Shown: positions 31,719 through 40,467 of the stretch, in pieces
Layout: each line of letters begins with the position of its first letter
How positions within the stretch are numbered: the stretch's first letter is position 1
NCBI GenBank assembly: GCA_036479435.1
Contig: JAZGFI010000170.1
Coordinates: forward strand, 66,437 to 130,436
Origin: Planctomycetota bacterium
GTDB lineage: Bacteria > Planctomycetota > GCA-002687715 > DRQF01
Length of the DNA stretch: 64,000 nt
Reading direction: 5' to 3'
Made by a program: the position numbers and the translations under genes
The notes under the pieces: generated by a model
What the model was told of the DNA's origin: nothing
Databases searched by the model: none
The model's input: the letters and a program-made list of their open reading frames with translations, nothing else

Positions 31719-32216
31719 TCAATCTCGCCGTTCGCTGCTCTCAACGAGCACCTTGACGAACTCCTCGTACGCGGCGCGCTCTTCCGGGGACAGAGCGGCA
31801 TTTGGTTCGGATCGCGCCGCAAACCGAACTGCTGCCTGGCTGAGATAGTCATCTTGAGGTTGGGCGAGACCCGCCAGCTCCATGAGTTTTCCGGATGAAA
31901 GATTCAGGGCCAGGCCGAGTCGGTACACAGTTCTCGCCGAAGGGACCGGGCCCTCGTTCTGTTCGATGGCAACGAGCTCGCCCAGGTCGACGTCGGCCAC
32001 CTCCGCAAGGCGTTCCACAGAGAGTCCCTTCGCTCTTCGGGCGTACTCGATCAGCCTTCCGAATACGCGGGGAGCTTCAGGAAGCGCCTGTGATTCGAGT
32101 AACCCGACATCGTGCGCCATGCCTCCGACGGAAACTGACCCGCAACGATCTTCAGCTTCCGCCATTTTTAGCAGCCACTCATGGCTCGGTTTATCGTCAT
32201 GAGTTTGCTCGGTCAT
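31719..32216 (-). CDS. XRE-family HTH protein
   Basis: FGRLIEYARRAKGLSVERLAEVADV..IE; AAGGAGG RBS; ATGA overlap with upstream gene. Confidence 0.85.
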   Translation of the reverse strand: MTEQTHDDKPSHEWLLKMAEAEDRCGSVSVGGMAHDVGLLESQALPEAPRVFGRLIEYARRAKGLSVERLAEVADVDLGELVAIEQNEGPVPSARTVYRLGLALNLSSGKLMELAGLAQPQDDYLSQAAVRFAARSEPNAALSPEERAAYEEFVKVLVESSERRD

Positions 32217-32853
32217 GATGCACCTCCTTGATCCAGAAAGGACTTCGCCTGTTCGCTTGAGAATTCGAAGTAGAGCAAGTTCTGTTTTTCATCGTCCCGT
32301 CCGAGCGGCGTCATCCCACAGGTGTTTCGGTAGAAAACCTCTGCTTGAGGAAGCGAGTGAAGACCAACTCGTGCTCGAAACCCCTCCTCAAGACTCTGTC
32401 GAATTGCTGTTCGCATCAGCACGGCCCCGACCGCCATGAAGCGGCTTTTCTGGCCGAGAGATTCGATTCTCCAGTTCCAGGGCGCAACCTCGACATAGTC
32501 CACATACACGATGGGTTTCCCGGTGTCATCAGGAAGCCTCGCGGCGTGAGACGCGGTCTTAGTCATCAACACGCCCTGCCAATCCTCGTTGCACACGATC
32601 CCAAAGCCGCTTGCCTCGAGCAAACGAAGGTCCGCACGCTTCTTGCTCCAGTCCCAGTGCAGAGACTCCGGCCAATCCTCGCGCGGCGCTCCGCTCCGGA
32701 GTAGTCTCTCCAAGGTACGAAGGCGATAGGGGCTCCAACCGCGCTCGATCAGATCCAGGTCTGATGGACGAAGCCCATCGAGCAGTGTGGCATTGACCAC
32801 CTCATGGCCGTCGCCACTCCCTCGTCGGACGATTTCGACCGGCCCTCGCTCAC
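32213..32853 (-). CDS. GNAT-fold acetyltransferase, putative toxin; start ambiguous or frameshifted
   Basis: YVDYVEVAPWN, VGAVLM..AI..S...GF..RVGLHSLPQAEVFY; GTG at 32853 is out of frame, the next in-frame start is GTG 32800. Confidence 0.75.
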
Positions 32854-33059
32854 AGCACGACGACCTCAGCCTTCTTGGACTCCTTGTCCTCGAAGAACAG
32901 TTTTCCGCCGTCCGCAAGGCGTTCGTCCACGGCTTGATAGAGCCTGAGCGCTTGGCGGAGCACCGCCGTCTTGGACAGATCCTTGCGTTGAGCAAGGTCG
33001 CCGAGGACTTCCATCTCAGCTTTAGTCAGGTTCAGGGTCATCGTGCGTTTCTGAGCCAT
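32850..33059 (-). CDS. Ribbon-helix-helix (CopG-like) protein
   Basis: RTMTLNL beta strand plus EMEVLGDLAQRKDLSKTAVLRQALRLY; GAGG RBS. Confidence 0.85.
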   Translation of the reverse strand: MAQKRTMTLNLTKAEMEVLGDLAQRKDLSKTAVLRQALRLYQAVDERLADGGKLFFEDKESKKAEVVVL

Positions 33060-33108
33060 TTGTGCGTCCTCATTTGTAGGCCTCACTATACTCATCATCG
33101 GCCAAAAA

Positions 33109-33146
33109 TGCCATCTAAAATAGCTAAAATATAGCTATTTGTGGCA
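33109..33146. promoter_or_regulatory. AT-rich inverted repeat, putative RHH operator
   Basis: AAATAGCTA-N5-TAGCTATTT (33118-33140) flanked by TGCCA/TGGCA; TATAGT -10-like hexamer at 33090-33085. Confidence 0.6.
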
Positions 33147-33370
33147 GGGGGCGCGAGTTCAAACAGGGAGGCAGCGGGTCATGGCATCCGAAAACATCGT
33201 AGCCTGCAAAAAAGTCGCCCGACGTCGAACCGGCGTTCTGTTCCCTCTGCGACTTGCGCTTTTCGGGCTCTTAGATCGGTAAAGAGGCGGAGGGACTTCT
33301 TGTTCCAGCCTTTGGGCGGGAGTGCGGGCCCGCCGGAATGCTTCCCTAGTTCACCACGATGTTGTTTGAA

Positions 33371-35014
33371 TCACAGCCCGACGCGGGCGTCGCGGAGGTT
33401 TAGGTCGGCGAGGCGCTCCAAGAGCAGACCGCCGCGTTTGGAGATCTCGTAGGCGCCTTGGCCGGGGATGACGAGGATGAGGGTTTCGTGGTGGAGGCCC
33501 ATTCTTAGTTGGATGGGGGCTTGGTCTTTGTCGATGGGCATGCGGAAGAGTTCGCGGCCGGAGTGTTGAGTTGGGTCTTCGAAGGCGAGGATGCGGATGA
33601 AGCGTGACTCTTTTTCGTCGACCTCGCTGGTGAGGGTAAAGAGGGCTTGGCCATCGGTCACGGTGGAGCTGCGATTCACCTTTGCTGGGATTGGCAAACT
33701 TGTTGTTGCAGCTTGCTTGTCTTGGGCGCTGGCGCACCAAGTCATGGTCTTGCCGTCGCTTGGCGACTGCGCCCACCACCATCGGGCCTTAGTGAAGGTC
33801 GGCATGCCTAAGGTCTGGTCTTTGGAGAAGGGTGCGGGCCAGAGCTCGAGTTCTTTTTCTTCTGGGCGCAGGCGAAAGATCTGTCGGCGGTGCTGGAGTT
33901 TTTGAGCGTTGACGGTGGCGACGAGGCGCTCGAGGTAAATTTGGTCTCCCAGGCTTGAGACGCCGAGATCTTGGGGAAGGCCCGGGAGTTCGGGGTGGAT
34001 GATCTCATCTTTGGTGGAGCCACGGCGCCTGCGAACGAGCTTGCCGTCTTTGCTGCCGATGATGGAATCGTAGTGCCCAGCCCAGGTGGCTTGGGTGTAG
34101 CCACGTCCACCGAAGGGTAGCGTTGTTGCGCTCTCGGGTTGCCAGGTGCTGAGTTCACCTTCGCTTGAAACGAGCAACCAGGTGGCGGCAGATCGTTGCT
34201 GCATGCGCCGCACCCAAGTTTTTCGATCTCGGATTCCCGGTCCGGAACAACGGAGGAAACGGGTGATGCGGTCGACGATTTCGTCGTGTCGGGGGCGCAG
34301 CTCGGATTCTTTGAGGAGGGTTCTGATCGAGATGAGTTTTTGATCGTGGACGAACCAGGTCAGACAAAAAGTCAGAGGCTGGGGGCTGCCCGCTTCGTTT
34401 TCGTAGACGGTGTGGCGACCCGACCAACCCAATCCGGTGATGGGCCAAGCCCCAATGCGCCGCCAGTTTTTACCCTCTTTCTTTTCGATTTCGGCTAGCC
34501 TTAGTTCTTGCCATTCGGCGACGCGTCTAATGCTGCGGGCTCTGAGGTTGGCGGCGGGAAGGTCGAGGACGGTCCAGCTGAGATCTAAGGTCGTTGATGC
34601 AGGAAGTCCGCCAATGACAACACGTCCGCCTTCGGGCGTGGCGGCAAATTGAAAACCGGCGGGCAAGTACCAAGTCACCGAGGCGCGCGGGTCTCGCATG
34701 AGTTGGCCCCGAAAGGTCGGTGTCGAGGGGCCAGCTGGTGCTGCGGCGATCGCTTCAAGGAGGGTCTTGGTGGCGCCGAGTTTTTGGAAACCCGATCTTG
34801 CCATGGAATCGAGCGAGCTGGCGAAGCCGCGAGCCTGCAAGCTTTTGATGATGTCGGCTTCTTCGGCGCCGACGGCGAGCAGGGTGGCGATGTCGACGGC
34901 GCCTAGTGGCGTCTGATTCGCGTCTTGGTCTTTTTGTCCTTGTGCCGGCAAGAACGACCCCATGCAGAAAAACATGGCGCTGGCTAAGGCAAGAGAGGCG
35001 GCGCGATGGATCAT
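33371..35014 (-). CDS. Secreted hypothetical protein
   Basis: 547-aa ORF with signal peptide (..FLPAQG); ATGA overlap with upstream M28-like gene. Confidence 0.7.
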   Translation of the reverse strand: MIHRAASLALASAMFFCMGSFLPAQGQKDQDANQTPLGAVDIATLLAVGAEEADIIKSLQARGFASSLDSMARSGFQKLGATKTLLEAIAAAPAGPSTPTFRGQLMRDPRASVTWYLPAGFQFAATPEGGRVVIGGLPASTTLDLSWTVLDLPAANLRARSIRRVAEWQELRLAEIEKKEGKNWRRIGAWPITGLGWSGRHTVYENEAGSPQPLTFCLTWFVHDQKLISIRTLLKESELRPRHDEIVDRITRFLRCSGPGIRDRKTWVRRMQQRSAATWLLVSSEGELSTWQPESATTLPFGGRGYTQATWAGHYDSIIGSKDGKLVRRRRGSTKDEIIHPELPGLPQDLGVSSLGDQIYLERLVATVNAQKLQHRRQIFRLRPEEKELELWPAPFSKDQTLGMPTFTKARWWWAQSPSDGKTMTWCASAQDKQAATTSLPIPAKVNRSSTVTDGQALFTLTSEVDEKESRFIRILAFEDPTQHSGRELFRMPIDKDQAPIQLRMGLHHETLILVIPGQGAYEISKRGGLLLERLADLNLRDARVGL

Positions 35015-37200
35015 GAGTCGTCGCTCGACTTGGTGGGGGCCACAAGACCCTCGAAAGAAAGCGCCAGCGCTTCTAAGTGGGTGGCGAAACGGCGAAGTGC
35101 CGTGGTGATGCGAGTGGCCTCGCGTTGGGCGCCGTCTTGATCGGCCGCGCGCAGCGCGTCTTCCAAGCTGGGAAAAAGCTCTACGGCCGGGCTGCGATCG
35201 GGGTCGGGAGCGGTGAGCAGATGGCGGTACCAGGGGCGGAGGGGGTTGCCGCCCTCAAGTCCTAAGAGACGTTCGGCGGCGAGTAGCCTTTTGTTGAGCG
35301 CTCCCACGGTGTTGCTGGGGGGCAGCTTGAGGGCCGCTGTTCGCCGGGCGCGGTCTAAGCGCTGGCCCGCGGTTCGGATCTGCAGACTTAGTTCTGTAAA
35401 TTCACTGAGGTCCAACTCTGGTCGTCGCTTGGCGAGTTGGCGGGTGGCGACGGCGATCGCGGTGCCGCTGCGTCTAAAGTCGTAGGGTATCCAAGGAGCT
35501 AAAGCCAAGCGGGAAACGAGGGCCGCCGCAATGCGCGCTAGGGTGGCGCAGTTTTTGAAGCCGGGATCGACGAATCGCTCGGCGGCGCGAAAGGTGTCGT
35601 ACTTGGAACCGCGTAGCCCTTCGGAACCGCCAAACTCAAGGTTGAGGATCGGGATGCACAGGTGGCCTTGGAAGGCGAGTGCATCTGGCGACTGGGCTCC
35701 GTGAAACTCGAGGGTCGAGGAACTGAGCTTACCCAAAGACAAAGAGTTGATGACTTCGCCGAGTGCGGTTGCTAACGAAGGCGTGCCGCGTGAACGGAAG
35801 GTGTTGCCAAAGACACCGTTTCCAAGGTCGATGTAAGCGACTGCCTCGGCCATCAAAGTGGCGCGTTCTTGTTCGGCCCACTCGGCGGCGCCCAGTCCAC
35901 CAAAGGTTGAAGCGTCCCAACTGGCAAAAACCAAGGTGCGTTTCGGAGGTGATCCGGCGCGGGCACGCTCGGCGAGGACGCGGGCGACCTCCATCATGAC
36001 GGCGGTGCCGGTGCCGGCGGCGATGGCTCCGTGGCCCCAGGCGTCACGATGACTGCCGACCAAGACTCTTTCGTCCGACCGTTCAAGGCCCGGCCACAGT
36101 GCCACCACGTTCGTCACTTTGCGCAGTCGGTAGTCACACTTGACTTTGAGCGACAACAAGACTTCTTTGCCGCCGAGGTGGTAGGTGAGGGGGAGGGCGC
36201 CTTGCCAACCTGTTGGAACTGCCGGCCCCTTCATGCTCTCAAGAATGGGCTTCGCATCGGCCGCAGAGATTGAGAGGGAGGGGATTTGGCAAAGGGTTTC
36301 CATCTGGTCGTAGCTGAGGTGCTCGGCCCTGGCGCGGCTTGGTTGCTCAGGGGTTCCAGGGTCTCCGGCGCGGAGCGCCAAACGCAAAGTCGAACCTCGT
36401 GAGGCGCCGCCTTCGGGGCGGTATTTTCCGCGGGGGGCGACCTCGCCCCTTGGGAAACCATCCTCGGCTGGATCGGCGTAGACCACCATGCCGAGTGCGC
36501 CAGCACTCTCGGCGAGTCCACTTTTGGCCGCGGCGTCGATCACCCCGCGGCGCACGAGGACGATCTTGCCTTTGACCGAGATCCCCAGCTCTGAAAGCTC
36601 GCGGTAGTCTTCGATGCGACCATAGTTGGCGTAGATGACGGCGGCTTGGAACTCAGCGTCGGCGCCGTAGGCCAAAAAGGGCGGGTGGACGGCCGACTCG
36701 GTGGTGTCGAAGTCGCCAGAAAGGGCCGGTTCACGCAAAGCGGCGGCGAAGGCGAAGGGCTCGACCATTTCGAGCTCAGTTTCGACCGGATAGGGCAGCA
36801 GCACCTCGTAGTGCTGTTCTTCGACCTGGTAGCCGAGTTCCTGGAAAAGTTGGACCAAGTAGCGAGACAAACCGGCATTCGCAGCGCTTCCTGCCGGATG
36901 CGGAGCCGCAGAGATCTCTTTTAGGATATCGGCAATCCGGGCCGGACGGACGTCCTGAGCGAGGATCGCCGCGAATTCGGCGGCGGCCCGATCTTCTGGG
37001 CCCTGCGGCGGCTTCTCTTTGGTGGATAACGGCGGTTTACCGCCATCTGGGGTCTGAAGGGCGGCTTTTTGCTCAAGATCCCCAGCCCCTGCCTCGGGAT
37101 TGAGGCTGCCGTCGTCGCTTGAGCTACAAGCAACCTCGATCAACATCACTGCCACAAGAGCGAGGGCCAGCCCGTGTCGTCGCCAGGAGCTACAAGACAT
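35011..37200 (-). CDS. M28B (PSMA/transferrin-receptor-like) lipoprotein with PA and dimerisation domains, catalytic residues lost
   Basis: PHPAGS, YEVLLPYP, YANYGRIEDY, KGKIVLVR, GSHRDAW, RPWYRHLLTAP; lipobox-like EVAC. Confidence 0.88.
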   Translation of the reverse strand: MSCSSWRRHGLALALVAVMLIEVACSSSDDGSLNPEAGAGDLEQKAALQTPDGGKPPLSTKEKPPQGPEDRAAAEFAAILAQDVRPARIADILKEISAAPHPAGSAANAGLSRYLVQLFQELGYQVEEQHYEVLLPYPVETELEMVEPFAFAAALREPALSGDFDTTESAVHPPFLAYGADAEFQAAVIYANYGRIEDYRELSELGISVKGKIVLVRRGVIDAAAKSGLAESAGALGMVVYADPAEDGFPRGEVAPRGKYRPEGGASRGSTLRLALRAGDPGTPEQPSRARAEHLSYDQMETLCQIPSLSISAADAKPILESMKGPAVPTGWQGALPLTYHLGGKEVLLSLKVKCDYRLRKVTNVVALWPGLERSDERVLVGSHRDAWGHGAIAAGTGTAVMMEVARVLAERARAGSPPKRTLVFASWDASTFGGLGAAEWAEQERATLMAEAVAYIDLGNGVFGNTFRSRGTPSLATALGEVINSLSLGKLSSSTLEFHGAQSPDALAFQGHLCIPILNLEFGGSEGLRGSKYDTFRAAERFVDPGFKNCATLARIAAALVSRLALAPWIPYDFRRSGTAIAVATRQLAKRRPELDLSEFTELSLQIRTAGQRLDRARRTAALKLPPSNTVGALNKRLLAAERLLGLEGGNPLRPWYRHLLTAPDPDRSPAVELFPSLEDALRAADQDGAQREATRITTALRRFATHLEALALSFEGLVAPTKSSDDS

Positions 37201-37292
37201 AGTCAAAGGGATATCCCCCCCGAGGGAAAAAAGGACCGACCTGTGGTCCGTTTATCAGACGAGCGGAGGACGCTTTGTCTTCTTGCGTCGCC

Positions 37293-37336
37293 AAAAAAAG
37301 AAACCCCCGGGGGAACTGGCAAGCTTCCGGGGGTTT
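37293..37336 (-). terminator. Intrinsic terminator
   Basis: AAACCCCCGG / CCGGGGGTTT stem followed by CTTTTTTT on the minus strand. Confidence 0.85.
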
Positions 37337-37575
37337 ATCTCGGACGAGAAGAGGTTTACGGGACCATTCTCATTTGTCCAAAATCTGATTGTTACCGCTT
37401 GGTTACGGTATTGGCGACTTGCGCCGCATTCGCTCGCTCTGCCCTCCTGCGAGGGGGGCTTGGCTTCCCGTGATCGCTCTTCAAGCGAGTTTTCCACACG
37501 CTATCAACGTTTCTCACGATCTTATCTTCAGTCGAAGACTTAGAGTCGTTACGGGCGCAAGGTCGCGGTAGCCAC
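37293..37575 (-). ncRNA. Candidate structured ncRNA or cis-regulatory leader (~283 nt), family unknown
   Basis: Bounded by consensus promoter and intrinsic terminator; several complementary segments; no credible ORF. Confidence 0.65.
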
Positions 37576-37582
37576 GAGCGGG

Positions 37583-37611
37583 ATTATAGATCCCGTTTCA
37601 GGGCTGGTCAA
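37583..37611 (-). promoter_or_regulatory. Sigma70 promoter
   Basis: TTGACC-17 nt-TATAAT on the minus strand. Confidence 0.85.
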
Positions 37612-38016
37612 CAGCGTAGTTTATCGGCAGCTGGAGCCCAAGCGCTTGGTGAGATTCTGGGGGCTCATTTTAAGTCGTTATAATCAAATCGTTTAGGTCA
37701 GAAATTCTCGAAAGTCCACTTCCCGTGACCTGCGGCTCGACTCGTGACCTCCAAAGCACCGAGCCCCTTGGTCTCATGAGACTTGGGGCGTTTTTAGGCC
37801 CTCAAAATCCGGCCGTTTTGGGCCCCAAAAGGCCCGAAGATTTCTTCTTAACAAACACAATTTTCAAGATCTTGAGTTTGGGCTGGACTTTGGGGCCAGC
37901 CGTCGGTTTTTCACGAGCTTGTTGGTCGCAACGTCGGTGCGCATCTTCGGGAAACGTTACCCCGCGCGGACGTTTTTGAGTTTGCCCTTAATCTTGCGCG
38001 ATGGTGCGGGCGTGTT

Positions 38017-40236
38017 TTAGCGAACGCGAAAAACGCGGCCGACATCGGGGGCCAATGAGAGACTCCAACGACGCCGCGACTTTTGTTTTCCGTCGAGTGG
38101 GGCCGCGATCGGGACCACCGGAAGCCGCTCGCCTTTCAGTTCGATCAAGACGACGGGTCTTGGGAACGTCAAGCGAACTTCCGCGAGCTGAGTTGAGCGA
38201 GTCGACGTTGCCGCCGCGCGGTTTAGGTATTGCTGTCGATGTCGATTGGGCAACAAAGCCAACAACTCGCCCTCTTGGTCTTGGCGTTGAAAGAGCCGCA
38301 CCGGTAACTCGCTCGACCGGATGCGCACCTTTGGGCGGACACCTGCGCTTCGAAACAACCGGCGCAGGTGATTTCTCAGCGCATCCTGCTTATCGCGCCT
38401 TTCTTCGAGCAGATGGGCAAAGTTCAAGTTGAGATAGACGAACTTCCCGCCCTTCTCCTGGTCCCGTTCGATGATGATGGCCGCTTTGCCCACCCAAGCG
38501 CTGGCCCGGGCATCGGCGCTGAGTTTCAGGCGCTGATTCGCGGGCAGCAAAGCCTTGACCGCGCTCGCGTTCGGATTCGGCCTAAATCTCGAGCTCAAGC
38601 TCGAGCGCGAAATTGAAATGTCGGCGAGTTTGAGCAGGGGAGGTGGCTCCGCGATGCCAAACTCTTGATCCAATCGGCCCCGCGGGTGCGCCCGCAAATG
38701 TTCGTCGAAACGGGCGACGTGGTGGTCGGCGATGACCAGTTTATTGGCACCGAAGGCCCTGATTGTCGTGGCCGCAGCATCCGATAGAGCCAGGGTTTGG
38801 GGCAAGATCAGCACGTCGTACCCACTCAGACTACCGCTTCTAGCCAGTGCCCTCGCGTCGATGTGGCGGTATTCAAAGCCAAGATCTTCGAGGAGCCGTT
38901 GCCAGGCCTCGCGGGTCCGGTTCTGGCTGCCGTGAAGGGCTTCGTAAGAGCCAAAACGTCGCCACCAACTGCCGCCATCGGCGCGACTGTCCAACATCCA
39001 ATGGAGACGGTTGGAGGGCTGGGATTCGACGACGGCGATACGAGGAGATGGGGTTTGCGCGGCCATCCAGGCCCTGGCGGCGGGGCTTTTCATCGCGCGG
39101 AGCGTGGCAGCGAGGGCTTTCGCTTTCGGGCTCAGTCGCGTTGATGCGGATGATTCGAAGAAGGTCTCGGCGGACCAAATGATGGCCCCGCGGTCTCCTC
39201 GCAGCATCCCTGCCCACAGGCGCCATCGTAGTAACTCGATCGAATCGCGCTCTAAGAACAGAGTTTGCATGATGAGCGTTTTGGGCTTAGCGAAGGAACG
39301 CACCAGCTCCCTTGTTCCTGCGGAGTCATAGGGCTCGACAAAATCGACCTGCGGGAGCAAAAGCGCCCAGTCGACACCGCTGAAGGGTGATGGTGCCTCG
39401 CCACCGGTGAAACCGACCGGAAGGTGAGGGGCGAACTCTTTTACTTTTGCGGCGAGCGCGCGGACGAAGTCGGACAATTGGGTGTCCATGAACTCACGGT
39501 GATCAGACCAGGGCGCGAGGTTCCAGCGGGAGGGAGCCCTGGAAAACTCGCGCTGGCGGATTTCATCGGTGCCCATCGGGTGCACTTCGCCAAAGGACGA
39601 GAATCGAGTGTTCCATTTACGGTTGAGATCGTGATGGGTCGGATACTGAAGCTTGAGCCAACGGCGAAAGCGCTCCAGCGTTGCGGGAGAATGGCAGTAG
39701 TCCAAGGGCCGATTGCGCCGGGTCAATGAAATCTCATCATCGAGCGAAAGGGCTTGAGCGCCTTGGTAAGGGTTGGGGGTTGGCGTGTGACCGGGGCGCT
39801 TGGCTTTGAGAGAGGCCCGACGCCCGGAGTTCTTGGTTACCCCTTGGGCCCTCAGCACCTTTTGGATGCGCTCTTGGGCGCGTTGCATGACTTCGGGATC
39901 GGCTAAGCAATCTGGACGAGCCGGCAGTGGGCCCTCCCGGGTTTTTAGCCAGGACTCCAGCGACTCGGTCCATTTTTTCTCACTCAGAAAAAGGGGTCCC
40001 TTCCCCGCGACGTGATCGACGTAGAAGGGGAGTCTCAAAGAATGCTGCTGAGTTTTCGAAGCAGTGCCGGCGACGTTGGTCCCGTCGACGCCAGCCTCAG
40101 CTAAAGCCTTGGCGAAGGATGGATCCAGATCGGGACCACCTTTGAGCCAAAGAAAGGTGCGGAATTTGTCGAAAAACGCTGACGGAGATTCTCGCTGCTG
40201 GGCCGCCATGCCGGCGGCCATGACCAAAAGCAGCAC
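38017..40236 (-). CDS. GH42/beta-galactosidase-like protein with trimerisation (GATase-like) domain
   Basis: DDEIS, FRRWLKLQY...LNRKWNTRFSSF, WSDHREFMD, VEPY, YDVLILP; start uncertain. Confidence 0.7.
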   Translation of the reverse strand: MLLLVMAAGMAAQQRESPSAFFDKFRTFLWLKGGPDLDPSFAKALAEAGVDGTNVAGTASKTQQHSLRLPFYVDHVAGKGPLFLSEKKWTESLESWLKTREGPLPARPDCLADPEVMQRAQERIQKVLRAQGVTKNSGRRASLKAKRPGHTPTPNPYQGAQALSLDDEISLTRRNRPLDYCHSPATLERFRRWLKLQYPTHHDLNRKWNTRFSSFGEVHPMGTDEIRQREFSRAPSRWNLAPWSDHREFMDTQLSDFVRALAAKVKEFAPHLPVGFTGGEAPSPFSGVDWALLLPQVDFVEPYDSAGTRELVRSFAKPKTLIMQTLFLERDSIELLRWRLWAGMLRGDRGAIIWSAETFFESSASTRLSPKAKALAATLRAMKSPAARAWMAAQTPSPRIAVVESQPSNRLHWMLDSRADGGSWWRRFGSYEALHGSQNRTREAWQRLLEDLGFEYRHIDARALARSGSLSGYDVLILPQTLALSDAAATTIRAFGANKLVIADHHVARFDEHLRAHPRGRLDQEFGIAEPPPLLKLADISISRSSLSSRFRPNPNASAVKALLPANQRLKLSADARASAWVGKAAIIIERDQEKGGKFVYLNLNFAHLLEERRDKQDALRNHLRRLFRSAGVRPKVRIRSSELPVRLFQRQDQEGELLALLPNRHRQQYLNRAAATSTRSTQLAEVRLTFPRPVVLIELKGERLPVVPIAAPLDGKQKSRRRWSLSLAPDVGRVFRVR

Positions 40237-40467
40237 CAGGGCCCTCAGGGGCCCCGCCGTTCCGCGTAAGGGCAGGTTGCAGCAACGCCGTCGAATGAGT
40301 CCAATCTCCGCATTTTGGTCCCTCGGGGCTTATTTGGGGCCCCAATCGGGAATTCGTGGCCAAATTAGACGTCACATCTCTGCGAGGTCCTTTGATCTGA
40401 GCCCGCCGACCTTCTATTCTAACCCAAGTCGCAAGCCCTTTTGCCTTCGAAGACTCGAGACTAATCA

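Noticed and set aside
33340..33372. dif site at the skew switch
   Set aside because: No convincing XerC/XerD 11-6-11 arrangement, and skew polarity is opposite to that normally expected at a terminus
37255..37497. 80-aa minus-strand ORF and a 5-codon MRMVP mini-ORF (37373-37356) inside the candidate RNA
   Set aside because: The longer ORF has no clear RBS, runs through the terminator and has no recognisable motif; the mini-ORF is expected by chance
37705..37730. RNase P RNA (GAAAGTCC seen)
   Set aside because: Lacks the GAGGAAAGUCC context and the matching 3' P4 strand
37490..38010. Replication origin
   Set aside because: Only one near-match DnaA box (TTTTCCACA at 37490) noticed, no box cluster and no dnaA/dnaN nearby
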